From: the human T2T-CHM13v2.0 reference genome, Homo sapiens
DNA length: 64,000 bases
Assembly: GCF_009914755.1 (NCBI RefSeq)
Contig: NC_060926.1
Reading direction: 5' to 3' (one strand)
In this document: one piece after another, positions 41,746-56,170 of the stretch
How positions within the stretch are numbered: position 1 is the stretch's first letter
Layout: each line of letters opens with the position of its first letter
Notes under the pieces: model-generated
What the model saw: only the letters and a program-made list of their open reading frames with translations
The model's database searches: none
Told to the model about the DNA's origin: nothing
Program-made: the position numbers and the translations under genes

Positions 41746-41813
41746 TTCCACTGGGAAACTGTCATTGGAAGTTTCCCAGTGGAAACTTCTTAAGGTTTCA
41801 GAACCTTAAGAAG
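41746..41813. repeat. Cluster of perfect inverted repeats
   Basis: 15-bp arms at 41746-41760 and 41770-41784; 12-bp arms at 41786-41797 and 41802-41813. Confidence 0.95.
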
Positions 41814-42739
41814 AATATTGTAGTTTTTTTTTTTAAGTCCCTAGTATTAGAGCCATGTGAAGTACGTGTTAACTTTATTAGTATTGGTTCATTTATTTGG
41901 TTTTAATAATGACCTCTATTGGGGATGGAAAAGGAAAAAGAAGAGATGATGCAAATAATATGACAATAATAAAAATAATATGACATCTGTTTCAGGAGTC
42001 AAGGGGTGTAGAGATCACATGCATACACACCTACATGCATACATTTAGATTCAAATAGAGAAGGCTGGTGATCTGACAGTTATAAAATAATAAAATGCTT
42101 TCATTCTGGTTGGTGAATAGCCACTGTTCTGAGCTTCTCTATTACCCCCACTACCCAGGCTTCCCTGCACCCCACCCCCACATTGTAGCAGCTAAGGGGT
42201 TAATATCAGCAGAGAGCCTCTGGAATTCCCAACCCCCACACTAAGGTCTCCATTGCGATTGACCAATAGCCCATACCATATTGGCTGTTAAATGTGTTGA
42301 TATTATCCCTGTATATAGATGTATATTGCATAGAATTATCTCCATATTATTGCTTGATGATGAATTATCTGCACCGGGGTCACCTGGGGCACTTTTCAAA
42401 AATGCAGATGGTTGAGTTTTACATACTGCACCCACTGCATCTCTGGAAGATGGGCCAGGATATGCATTTAAACTATCTCCCAGGTGATTCTAGGGCATTG
42501 TGTCAAATACAGCCTGCATTTTCTGGCATACAGCAAACCTGTCTTCTCTCTAGATGCCAAGTTCCTTAAAGGGAGGATCCTAAGTCCTAAAACTCTTGGC
42601 ATTCACCACTATGCATAGCTTAGTGCTTGTTGACTTACAGCAGAGAGGAGAAATCATGGATTCAGAAGTGTATGCTGAAAATATAAATTGGGTTTGATGC
42701 TGCTGCTGCTATTGTTGCTGCTGCTTCTGGCTGCAATGG

Positions 42740-42960
42740 TTAACCCTTGTGAGTACTTACTGTGTGCCAGATATTATGAAAAGTGCCTTGAATGCCTCAT
42801 CTAATTGAATTGCACAATAATCCTAATAGGTACTGCTATTACCTACATTTTATGTCTGAGGAAACTGAGACTCAGATAGATGGAGAGAGCTTCCCAAAAT
42901 TTCATTGTTGGGAGGAAGCAGGACTCCAATCTTGGCCTGTGTGATTATTTCAAAGCTTAT
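42740..42960. mobile_element. MIR
   Basis: gagtacttactgtgtgccag...cattttatgtctgaggaaactgagactcaga. Confidence 0.7.
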
Positions 42961-43898
42961 ACTCTTTCTTATTTGCTAAGCCATACTAGCTCTTGGATTA
43001 GAAAACAATTCTACAGATACTTTATAAGTCAGATTCTTTGGGGTTAATCTCTTCAACTTGCTTTTGCTTCAAATTTATTTGTTGCATTTTATATATGTGG
43101 AGGGGAGGCAGGCATGGGAGATGAAGACTGTAAAAGCTGTACTCTGACTCACAGAAACCAAGGGAAAGGAAATTGAATATAGAAAGTAGGAGGCATATAT
43201 AAACATTCTCTAATACTTGGTAACAATTGGAAACTTTTTAGCTAAATAAAAATAAAATGAAATAATAAGGCACTAACTGAAAAAAAGAAGTTAGAACATT
43301 GCCACTGCCATTGAACTTTGAAAATCAAGTTAAGAAAAGAAAAAAAATGAGGTTATAGCCAGAAGGTAAATAGTAGGAAAGGGAGTCAAGACGAGAATCC
43401 ACTGTCAAGAAATAATGAGGGCAATTGCGATTTTAGAAAGATCATCAAGGGGCCAGCTGGTGCCTGGGCTTGACAATGGGCGAGACAAGCAGCAGCCTGG
43501 ATGTGGAGAAATTAAAGCAGCTCATAAGAGATAGTGGATTGAAAGGCTAACTGGGCTTTATATGCAATCAGGTTTGTTTTGAAGTATCCAGCCAAGAAGC
43601 TGGGATCAATGAGATCGCAGAGTATTTATAATTTGATTCTGGTTAAAACATCATTATGCACTGAGCTTAATGAAGAATGGCTAATTAACATCTCTTGAAT
43701 GTACGGCAAAAAGAATATATATTAGAATTGTCTTTTCAAGGCAAAAACAAACCCCAAATCAAAATCTGTGTTAATAGCATCAGGGTTCTTATTCAGACTT
43801 CAATATATCAATCCCAGTGCTTTTGTTTAGATACAGATAACTTTCTAATCATCTTTGATTCATTCATGACATATAGAGAAGACAAAATTTATTCTTAC

Positions 43899-44072
43899 TG
43901 GGATCAGGGCAAAATCCCCACTTTTCATCTCTTTCATAACGGCTTGTCGTGGCACACCACAGTAAGTCATCTTCCCGACCTTCACGGGTACATTCATGAT
44001 GCCACTGATGGTTATACTGGAAGGGAAACATACACGGCATCCCGTGGGTGTTCCCTTTGATTGTATGCAAAT
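43899..44072 (-). CDS. PLA2R1: PLA2R1 exon 3, fibronectin type II domain
   Basis: tcctag|AT TTG CAT...GAT CCC A|gtaaga; 174 nt; LHTIKGNTHGMPCMFPFQY...WCATTSRYERDEKWGFCPDP (FnII Cys pattern). Confidence 0.98.
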
Positions 44073-44449
44073 CTAGGAGAAAGAAATGTACAAAGTCAGA
44101 TAAGTATGATGTCAGCTTTATCTTTGGAAACTGCTATATATCGAAAGCATTTTTTATGGACTGAAACCCTCTTGGGGCAGATACTCACTACAGCAGAGTG
44201 AGCCCTCAGGTCCTCACTGTCTCCTGTCAGTAGAGGTGTGAGACCGAGTGCTGGGCTCAGAGGAAGTGCTGATACATGGTTTGCTTATGCATTTATCTAC
44301 TTGTTTACTTACTATGGTGAGCTGTCACAGTAACATTCATATTTGTGGATGGATGAGAAAGAAACTTTAATGGAGATTTAACTTCATAATACCTTCCAGT
44401 CGCCAAATACATCAGCCATTAGCATCTAAAGCTCAATAGATTCATAGGC

Positions 44450-44667
44450 ATTTATTAATTTATTCATTCAATAAATATTTATTGAACATTTAATGTACTC
44501 AGTACTGGGGATACAACAGTGAACAAACCAGCAAAAGTTCCTTTATGTGGAACTTCTATCAAGGAGAGAGAAAGAGAAAGCAAATATACAAGTAAACATA
44601 CAGTATCATTGCAGGTAGCGGTGCCATGATGAAAAATAAATAGGATGAGAAGACAGAGTGGGGTGTG

Positions 44668-44717
<50 letters not shown>

Positions 44718-45160
44718 ACAGAGGGAGAGAGAGAGAGAGAAAGTGAGAGAGAGGGAGAGATGGGGTGGAGGGGCACAGGGCACTACTTTGGACAGGATGG
44801 GCAGTGAAAGACCTCTCTGAATAGGAACTGGGTGACCTGAGAGTGCAGGTCTTTAGAAAAGAGGTGATCCAGCAGAAGGAACAGCAAGTAAAAAGAACCT
44901 GAGACAAGAACAAGTGAGGGGTGAATGAAGAAGAGGAAGGAGGCCCTCTGGGTAGGGGAGCCAGGGACGTACTAGAGTGTCAGTGCACATAGAGCTGTCT
45001 CCCCGCCATACTGCGGGCTTTGGCCTCTACCCTGAGGGTGGGGGCAAGTCTCTTGCGGGTTTTGAATGGGAAAGTGACAGGATCAGATTTACATTTTTAA
45101 AGAACCACTGATGCCCTGTTTGCAAAGGGGCAAACAGCTGACATAGGGAGAGGGTGAAGC
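44450..45160 (-). mobile_element. L2 fragment containing a (GT)n(GA)n microsatellite at ~44663-44760
   Basis: attcattcaataaatatttattgaacattt... is the antisense L2 3' end. Confidence 0.7.
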
Positions 45161-45892
45161 GAGACAGCTGGCTGGGTGGCTTCTCAGTGGTCTAGAGCAA
45201 GTCGACCATGCAGACGTGGCCTGCTGGCTGCCTTCTCAGGGTATTGCAATACTCGGCCATTCTTGGCCTTAATCAGGAATCAACAAAAACTTTTCATGAC
45301 TCAACTGGGGCTGCCAATGGTATGTCCTGGGGCAAAAGGACCAGCAGTGGAGAGCCCCACCTCTTTCCCACAATTGGCAGGGGCTGACCTGAGCTCATGA
45401 CATGTCACCAGTCACCAGCCTTAGCAGTTAGGGCTATTTAGGAACCGTAGGTATTTCAGGACATGCCCTTTTCTTTCAGTCCCCTTCCTTCTACTCCAAA
45501 GCATATGTTCCCCAGAATCTTCCCCTGCATGCACCATGAGTGTGGGTATGTGGCTAAAAAGTTAACATAAAGCAAAATATCAAGTTCCTCTTCAGAACTG
45601 TAGATTATTCAGAGTGCTGGTTTGCAGCACTTGCTTTATTTTAGTGAGTCCTGAAAATGCCTGGCCCTTGGCTCTGTCTCTTTTTAATCATTTCTTCTTT
45701 AGGAGTTCCTTGCTCTGCTTCCCAGGACCGTACAGAATTCTTAGGAGCATATGCTCTTGTGAAAGCATAATTCTACAGAGCAGCACGAGGGTAGGGGCTC
45801 CACCTGTCCTGTGGACCTTTGTAAACCAGGTGCCTAGTCCAGTGCCTGATGAATGTGGGGTGGATTTGTTAGCAGTGCTATACAAAAATGCG

Positions 45893-45940
45893 GGATGAAT
45901 GGATGGATGGATGGATGGATAGATAGATGGATGGATGGAT
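45893..45940. repeat. (GGAT)n/(AGAT)n tetranucleotide repeat
   Basis: Direct reading. Confidence 0.9.
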
Positions 45941-46636
45941 AGAGTGAGCTACCAAACAAAACGCTGAGGGACAGGTTTGAGATTTGAATTTAACTATGTA
46001 ACTTTCTTTTTTTTTTCTGTTTAGAAATGACAAAAATAACCATAGAAAATGAAATTCCCCTCTAAACCATGCTTCCCCACCAACCATGCTTGGCACACAC
46101 CAAATAACCCCCGACAATAGTCTGTCATTTCTCTTCAAGTGACTTGTAACATGATTAATCACATGAATGCCAGCCAGCATCAGGAGGCATTGGAGGTGTC
46201 CTGGACACATACCTCCATAGGTGGGGATGAGTTTTTACAATAAGAGAAATGGCGGCAGGGGAGGAGAGATTATTATATTTGTCATGACAAAAGTCTTCAA
46301 AGATCTTTTCCTTCCACCGTCCTTTTCTCTCTCCCTCCTGTCTGCTTATTCTTTCTGCTCCCTTCCATTGATTCCCAGAGTCAGTTAAATGTTTTTCCTC
46401 CCAATACCTTTAAATTCTGAGAAGTTCTGCTTCTTTAGCAGAATGTAGTATGTCCATTCTGAGACTCTCATAACCCTTTTACCATAAGCAAGGAAGCAAC
46501 TAAAATGTATTTAGCAGAAGTCCCTTGAGGGTCCAGGCTTCGTGTACTTCTTTCACGTAATGCTTTACAAATCTTTACTTATAGGCAAACCTTAAAAAAA
46601 CACCATTCCCTGAGTGCTTCTTTAAATTATTTTTAC

Positions 46637-47020
46637 CTTTGTGTAGATATTCACAAATGTCTCCACCACCTGACCCATAAGAAATCCACTTATGAATATA
46701 CTTCCGTGAGGCCACCACTGTGTTGTCATGCGCCACCTGGACAGAGTACTGCAGCGGGCCTGTGATCATCTTCCTGTTACAGCGCCACCGTAAGGAAACG
46801 AGGGTGGAGTCACATTCATATAAGCTTAATGGCTGCTCTGGGGCGGAGAAATTCAGGCCCAGGCAACCGCTGCCTCCTATGTTAAAGAGGCCATGGTTTG
46901 AAACCCATTTCCACAGCATGTGCTTGTTTGCTTGCTTGCAGTTCTCCAGGGTCAGAACCGATTTACCTGCTTGAATGCATTTCTTGAGACTCTCACTTTG
47001 GATAACAAATATTCCTTTAT
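46637..47020 (-). CDS. PLA2R1: PLA2R1 exon 2, cysteine-rich ricin-B (CysR) domain
   Basis: tttcag|AT AAA GGA...CAC AAA G|gtaaaa; 384 nt, phase 1-1; (D)KGIFVIQSESLKKCIQAGKSVLTLENCK...DICEYLHK. Confidence 0.98.
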
Positions 47021-49704
47021 CTGAAACAAAAATCAAAGATGTGGCATGAAATTTTCATATATAATTAACTAGCGTCATGAGGATCTCAGTGTGCATATCT
47101 AAGTGCGATATGCGACAGTTGCCAGCCATTTCCCACAGATCTGGAGTTGTTGGGCAGGGTCCACCTGAAGGGCTGTATTTGCATAAAACAGAGGAGTTTC
47201 TTGGGAAGCATAAAAGGTCTTACTGGAGCTAATGGGAGAGCTCTGATCTAAGACCTAATTGGCCATATGGGAACAAGGGTTACCTGCCAATCCACTCAGG
47301 TCTGTTACTGACAGAGAAGGTGTGCTCACACAATTGGTTAGAGAGAGGGATTGGTAATAATACTCAGGGCTCCCCGGGAGGGACACTGGGTGCCAATGGA
47401 TATGACAACACTGTCTTTCTCAGACAAGTGCCTGAATGTTAGGAACACAGCTGCTGAATCAAGAGCCACTGAATGAAACTCTCTACCATCAAGTTCCTAT
47501 AGAAAACCGAAAGGCTATCAGTGAAATGCTGCTTTGTGATCTGATACGGGATTCAATACTGGTCAGAATACAATGTTTCTCAGGAGTACAAGGGTGGAGG
47601 TGGGGACCTCTTGCTATATGGGGATAGACTCTTAGTAGGAGATGGCTTGCTGGGTGGGGCAGGCAGAAGCAGGTAGATGCCCAGGCCACTAGCTATGGCA
47701 CCACACCTTGAAACACGAGAGGTGACGGACCACCATTACGGTGGCAGAAACCAGAGGCCACATGGACAGGCAGAGAAAGCAGGTGTTTTGTGATATGCCC
47801 CTAAGCTCTCCTCCCCGGAGCTGGAAGAAGGGATTTGGGTGAGTTTCCTGTGGAAAAGCTGTGGGACCCAGCTGGGGAATACATGTTAGCTGCCAGCCTG
47901 CTACCTGACTTAACCCAAGTTGCGGGCCTGGAAGGCACCTAGTACTCAACAGTTATGAACTTGTTTTCTCACAGGCTTTTTGAAGATGGAAACAAAGTCT
48001 CATTTCTTTGGTCTAAGTATGGAGTGTGCTGGGCACATGGTGGAAATTCAGTCAGTGCTTGCTGTTGATGAAACACACCGGCTGCTGCTGCTTCAGCCTT
48101 TGGCTGCTTAAGTCACCTCAGTTCATGTCTGGTGAGGCCCAGGCGCTCTTTTGTTCTCCCAGTAGCTAGGTTCCCCTCTTCTATTTTACTTCCTGTCTCT
48201 TCTTCAAAACTCTGAAGGGACAAGATAGGGTTCCCTCCAATGTCTGGGGTTTAGGGCGGGTCATGTAATGGAGGGCAGAACAGGTACAGGCAGAGGCTTT
48301 GGAGAGGTTTGGGACAGTGCAGGACGGGCCTCCTCATGGATCCACGAGGGAACAATGCTTCATTCTGGTAAACGTTCTTTTGGTTTCTCCAAAGTTAATC
48401 AGCCTGAGGAGAACTGATTTACAGTAACCAAAATCACTTAAGATACTGTTTCAAAAAGATTGTCAATGTATTAATAAATGGTATACCTCATCTAATAGTT
48501 GATGACCTTACCTATAGCCATAGATTTGAGGAGTTGAATTAGTTGTCAGAGAATTGCTTTGATCACCATACATAAGAGCAAAAGAGAGGGGGTGGGGTGG
48601 GGAAAATGAATGGTTTTAGGGAGATTTCATTTAGATCAGGAAATTTGTTTTCCTAATGAGGGCCTTGTCTGCATGGTTATTAGTAATAGTGATTCAAAAT
48701 CAAATCCACCTCTCGTCAATGTGATATGGAGTCCGATAATTAACCTTCTGTCCAACTCTCCTTTTCACTTTTTCATGCCTGGGTAGAATGTTTACCTTAA
48801 TTTCTGTTGTAACCTACTAATCACTTTCTAGCTAACCTAGAGTTCATTAATTTTTCATTAAAGGATAATTATTTTACTATAATGGTTTTGTAGTTCAGCT
48901 TCTACCTAATATATATGTTCAAATGTATTATAAGCTCTGCAACGTACTGACTGTGCCTCAGTTTATACACCTCAGATAGGTGTGTAGACGACCTGGCTAG
49001 TGGTTGAGAGCTCTGGAGTCACGTGGAGCTGTCACAGACCTGCTGTGTAACTTTGGGCAGATTGCTCCATCTCACTGAGCCTCATCTTTCCTCCTTGAAC
49101 TGGGAATATGTATGGTACTGACCTCTTAGGGATGTTAAGGATATTCCATTGAGTAACCCATGAAAAGCACACCACATACTACCATGAAAAGCCTTAGGAA
49201 ATGGGAGCTATCATTATTACTTTATTCCTCTGACTTCCTGATTCTTGGTCTATAGATCCAGCTGCAGACCTGGTTGAACCTACAGAGTGCTAATCTCATC
49301 ATCCCTCAAAGGCTTCTCTTCTTACACTGTTAGCACAAAAGCTTATTTTTACTGCAGTTTCTGCAGCACACAATGGGTGCAGACATTTTAGTTTTAAACA
49401 ATCCTGAGACACCACGCTATCATCTTTTATGGAGGAAAAATACTCTCCAAACAACCAGATAACAAAATATTTGCCTCCTTTGTTCAAATATGTGTGCAAT
49501 GATGAATTAAGAGCCTTCATCTGTTGATTTTCTGCATTACCCACCTGTAAAGTCTACACTGTAGGTTTTTTAATACGAAAGAGAAAAATACATGGTGTTG
49601 ACAAGCAGTGTGTAGATGCGGGAATGGCTGGTCTGTGAATAAATAGACATGAAAATTACAAACCTAACATTTGGGGTGAATAAATATTCTGTGGGGCGGT
49701 GAGT

Positions 49705-50029
<325 letters not shown>

Positions 50030-50584
50030 TAAGAGAAAAAGAGTGGCAGAAATTGGAACTTCTGTAGTCACACCAGCAATCATAAAAATACCTTTCCAAA
50101 GCAGAACATATTAGACACACCTAATCCATTGCTGCTTAATTTTGGGGTGCTACTTATATTTCCACACCAGCTGCCTTTAGGAAATAGCTTTAGAAAAGTT
50201 CTTCAGAATGTGCCATAGGCAAGTAGCTCTGGTTCACCAATAATAATCAACATGCTGCCTCCAAATATACTAAGTTAAAAAATGACTTGAGCCCATTTTT
50301 CCATTAAGTTATAATAGAATATGATCCTAGCACTGTTAATCTCCATAAATTCACTGAAAAGAATTACTTTCAAATAGACTGTGAGGAGACTTAATATAGG
50401 TATCAATATTCTGATTGTTATTATATGCACATAATGTCTCTAACAAAACTATAATGTGAAAATAAGCCACCAATCCTTAGTGTGCATAGTTGTTGGATTT
50501 TTTAAAAGATGAAAATCAAATGTGGGAGGAATCAAGATTGATTATACATGTCAAGGACATCAGTTCTGCTTGAACACTGATTAA

Positions 50585-51019
<435 letters not shown>

Positions 51020-51312
51020 CTAATTTCTATCCTTTTTTTTTTAAATAAAATCCATGGAAGACAGTGGTTCTACTTTCTACTTCTGAGTTCCTTTAGGAGG
51101 AGACCATTTCAGATCCACTCTTTGGCCCCATAAGATAACGTGTACTCTTCTAAGGAGCGGGAGGAGAATGTTTCATTGATCAACTTTTAAACCGAAGTTT
51201 AGGTTATTACCTTTATGACTGCATATGGAACATTCATTCATTCAACTAGCTTTCATTGGATGCCAGCTACTTCATAGACACTGGGTAAGATGCTAGAGAT
51301 AGAGAGAAATTA

Positions 51313-52008
<696 letters not shown>

Positions 52009-54842
52009 TAAAAAACCAAGTGATAACAAATAAGAGAAAGAAAATAAACCCAAATTTAAGACCCTGAACTGGCTCTTCAACTGATGTCACATGTGAGGTG
52101 GACAAGACCCCTCAGTGTCACCAGACTCTGAGCGGGGAGTGTGCACACACATGTACTTGCCCACTTTCTAGGGAGGACAAAGCAGGGCAGTGCTGGAAGG
52201 AAGACGGGTGTGGCAGAGGAGACTCACTTCACCCATAAACCCTGAACCGTGAACTTCAGAGCTGGATGGAACTGTAAAGATTGTTTAACTGAACCACTCT
52301 TTCACTTTTTTTTTTCCAAATCCATTTTTGTCTTAGAAGTTTTATATCTATCTACTATATTCAGTCCAGGTGTAGCTTTATTTACATGCATTCATTTATA
52401 ACTTAGAAGAAAATAAACTGCTATAGATTGTTGCCAAACATTTTGAAGTAGGTGACTTGAAATTTCAGACAACAAAGATCTATCAACTGCTTGATGTGGC
52501 ATGGTTTAGGAACCCTGCAGACAGAAGGATATATATGTCATAGTGTTTGCCTGCAAGGAAGTCACATTCTCCCTGGGAATCCCTGAAATGCACAGAAAGA
52601 AATTATACCCTAATGCCAAAATATATTTTGACATAGGAGATATAAGCAAAAGGGGGTGCCATGAGGTTGGAGTCTAAAGCCTGGGGCCATTATTACAGTT
52701 TGATCTGTCTGTGTGAACAGCAGACTGGAGGTACCTAGAGGAAGTTTCTCCTGAGGCCTCTGCACTTGACCATCTGCACCCCTTCTGATCACCTCTACTT
52801 GCCTTTAGTGTTCCCTTTAGCTTTAGACAGCTCTTCTCTTAGAACTAGCTGAGTGAAGGTTTGAAGTGTTAAAGTGAGTAAGATAAGATTTGTACTGTTA
52901 AGCCTTTGTGAAGTTTCCGCATTTTTAACAAAAAACACTTTAAAGAAACAATAAAACAACAATTTTAATGGTGGCATTTTAGGCAAACAAAGGACTTTCT
53001 GGTATTCAATAAATTACACCATGAAGGTGTTCACCTAATCCAACTATACACATAAAGTCAGTCTCTGTGCTGCTCCATTAAGGGAACTGGAAGGAAAAGT
53101 TCCAGTGCATGGTTCACATCAAGTGCAATGCTTAAGACAAGCTATTAGAAAGCCACAGCATGCAGGCTGCAACCCAATTTCAATCTCCTACCCCAGTCCA
53201 TAGGTTTGAAATTGCTTCTACTCCATCTACCCACAGAGCTAGTGCTGGGCTCAAGCCCTTCCTGCCCGGCAGCCTGTCTTGACTCTGTCCATTTCCTTGC
53301 TGTTCTGACATTATTAGGTTTCAGCAGGGATGCAGTCCAGAAGGAAATGGGGAGGGCATCTCTCCTCTGTAACCAATCTGGAGGTGAGCAGCTTCTCTCT
53401 TGAGATGTACTGACCTTTTCCAGCTTCACAAATTTGGGTTTGTCTTTATCTGTTCCATCTAGTGAACAATGGATTCAGAGCTGATTACGTTCCTAAGATT
53501 ACTCTGTAGCAGGAAGGAATACTGTAAGCTGCTGAATCAAGTCCTATTCATGGCCGAGTGATGCAGAAAATCTGTATTCTTAATATGACCTTTCAAACCA
53601 ATAAGTGAGGAATTTCTCATGCTTGCAGCAAGCAGCATGTGCAGGGTTCTTCAAAGAAGAGATCCACGGAAGAAAGTGAAAAGTGGGCCAGCTCTTCCTA
53701 CCTCTCTCTCTGCATGGAAATGTGCATTTTATCTGAAATCATCTGAGTTTTCATGTGTCTCTTATTCTGAAACTTTTGAGTTCCTGTCAGTTGCCTTCTA
53801 TTAATCAACTAAAAAGTTACCCAAGTACATTTTTTAAAAAACCTCTTTGTCCTGTCTCAGAACTTTCTTCTCTTTCCCTGTCCTAGCATTGTCCTTAACT
53901 CTTAGCCTTCTTTATTCTCCTACAGCTTCTGAACCTAGATAATCACCATCTCCACAGGGCCGTGGACCGCTCTTGCTAAATCTTTTTACATGTTCTCTTC
54001 CATTTTCTCTCTAATCTCACCTAATTGCCTCTCCAAGTTTCATGAGGCACACAATAGTCTTTCTCACATGAGGGAAAAATGAAACCCAGCATAATCAGTG
54101 CCACCGGACTGCAGTTCTGTGAGGCTTCAAATTGTCTGTTACCAACCCCTGTGCCAGGAGGGGTTAACCCTTTCAGACTGTCCTTGCCACTCCCTGGCCA
54201 TTCCCGTTCCCTCCTCTGTCCTCCTGCTCTGTCCTCATTTAGCAGTTGCTGACCCTGGCAGAAAATCTCTCTTCCGTGATTCTTTGCTAGACCTCTGTAT
54301 CTTACCAATGAATTTTTAAACTGAGTTGAAAACATTTTTCTTCCTTTTAGCTTTTAGTCTATTCTCCCATTGTTTTGCCTTTATTTAACTGGAAAGTACT
54401 TAACAAACATTGCTGGTATAAAAATCATTATTCACAACAGCTCTGTGATTATCTTATTGACTCTGTTGAAAATATACCATCTCAGTCAAAAGGGTGCCTC
54501 ATTACAAAGTGCAAGTTAGGGCAAGGACAAAAAGACAGAACACTGTTAAGATGCCCTCACAAATGCCTGCATATTAAAGCCCAGGGGGAAATGATTCAAA
54601 GACTGGGTCACAAAAACCAACAAAACCAGAAAACAACTCCATCATCAACCAAAACAACTCCGGAAATGATATGGCATTACTGAAAACAAAAGTGCTTACA
54701 ATGAGCTATCCGTCTTAGCCGCCTTGGGAGTATGCCCATTAAAAGAAAAATCATTTACTAAAGTGCAAGGTAGAAATGTTAAAAAACAAACAAACAAACA
54801 AACAAACAAACAACTTTTAGTGGTAGATAGAGTGTTAGTCCC

Positions 54843-55240
54843 TGTATCGGTTTGCTACTAGGGTTGCCATAACAATATACCACAAACTGAGTGGCTTCAA
54901 TGACAGAAATTTCTTTTCTCATAATTCTGGAGGCTGGAAGCGTGAGATTACAGTGTGGCAGGGATGGTTCCTTCCAAGGGCTATGAGGGAAGGATGGATT
55001 CCTGGATTCTCTCCTTGGCCCCTAGAGGACCATCTTCTCCCTGTGTCTCTTCACATCATCTCTCTATGCATATTTCTGTGTCCAAGTTTCCCCTTCTTAT
55101 GAGTATACCAGTCATAATAGACTAGGGCTACCCTAACTGCCTCATTTTAACTTGTTTACCTCTGTGAAGACCCTATCTCCAAGTAAAGTCTCATTTTTAT
55201 ACGAATTTGGTGGGGGGGGGGGAACAATTCAGATCATAAC
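54843..55240 (-). mobile_element. MLT1 MaLR LTR
   Basis: tagggttgccataacaatataccacaaactgagtggcttc...ctcataattctggaggctggaag...ggaacaattcagatcataac. Confidence 0.8.
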
Positions 55241-55259
55241 CATCCCTATCATTCTTATT

Positions 55260-55873
55260 CAGGCTGTCTACATCATTTGCAGGGTCCAGGGTGCAATGAA
55301 AATACGTGGTTTTGGCTGGACATGGGGAAGTCAAGTCAATGTCCCTTTCCCTCAGGCCCACAGGAGATTGCAACCTCTGAGCTATAACGTGCTTAGAATA
55401 CAGTACCTGGATTGAGGATATGTGAGAGGTTCCCACTCAGCCCTCGCAGAACCCACAGAAGTGATATCAGTACAGTGGTGACAAATACTGCCTTGCACTG
55501 CCCCGAAATGCTACAAGGCATCCACTCCCAGGGCCCAGGCCTCCAGTCCCCCAACTTCAATGCAAGCTGGTTGCCACTGTGTGCAGCAGGCAGCATCAAT
55601 TGTAGGGCAGGAGTTGGGAGGAGGCAGCTGAGAACCCGTCCCGGGAGGTAGACAGGGGACACCAGGCAGAATTGAACAGAGGCTCCAAACCTCTGGCTCA
55701 AGTTCCATTGTTCCATTGGACATCATGCGCAGCACACAAATTCAAAGATAGAAATGATTATGAATCCCAAGACCCCAAACCATGGAGCTTTAAACCCTAA
55801 GTGGAAGGAAGGCCCTTCTGAGTATAGGGCCCTGTGCAACTGCACTGGTTACATCCCCATGAAGCTCTCCTTG
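55260..55873 (-). mobile_element. MER45-family hAT-Tip100 element
   Basis: Ends caggctgtctacatcatttgcagggtccag...aatgaaaat and gggccctgtgcaactgcac...catgaagc. Confidence 0.65.
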
Positions 55874-56014
55874 TTTGCATTTGAACAAGATTAACATTAT
55901 GTAAAAAAGACCTTGGCAAACTACCGAGCACTTCTTTCAGGGCAGAACTGCTTAAAACCAGAAGAGTATCTGCCTTGGTTTTCCCATCTGCACAATGGGT
56001 TTAATAGTAATGCT

Positions 56015-56170
56015 GGGGCTGGGTGTGTAGTTCACACCTGTAATCCCAGCACTTTGGGAGGCCGGGGCTGGAGGACAGCTTGAGACCAGGAGTTTGAGAC
56101 CAGCCTGAGCAACATAGCAAGACCCCTTCTTTACAAAAAGTTTAAATTTTATAATAAAAAGAAAAAAATA
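56015..56170 (+). mobile_element. FLAM Alu monomer nested in a MIR
   Basis: Single left arm with A tail; flanks aatagtaatgctgg / aataatagtgctgg. Confidence 0.8.
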
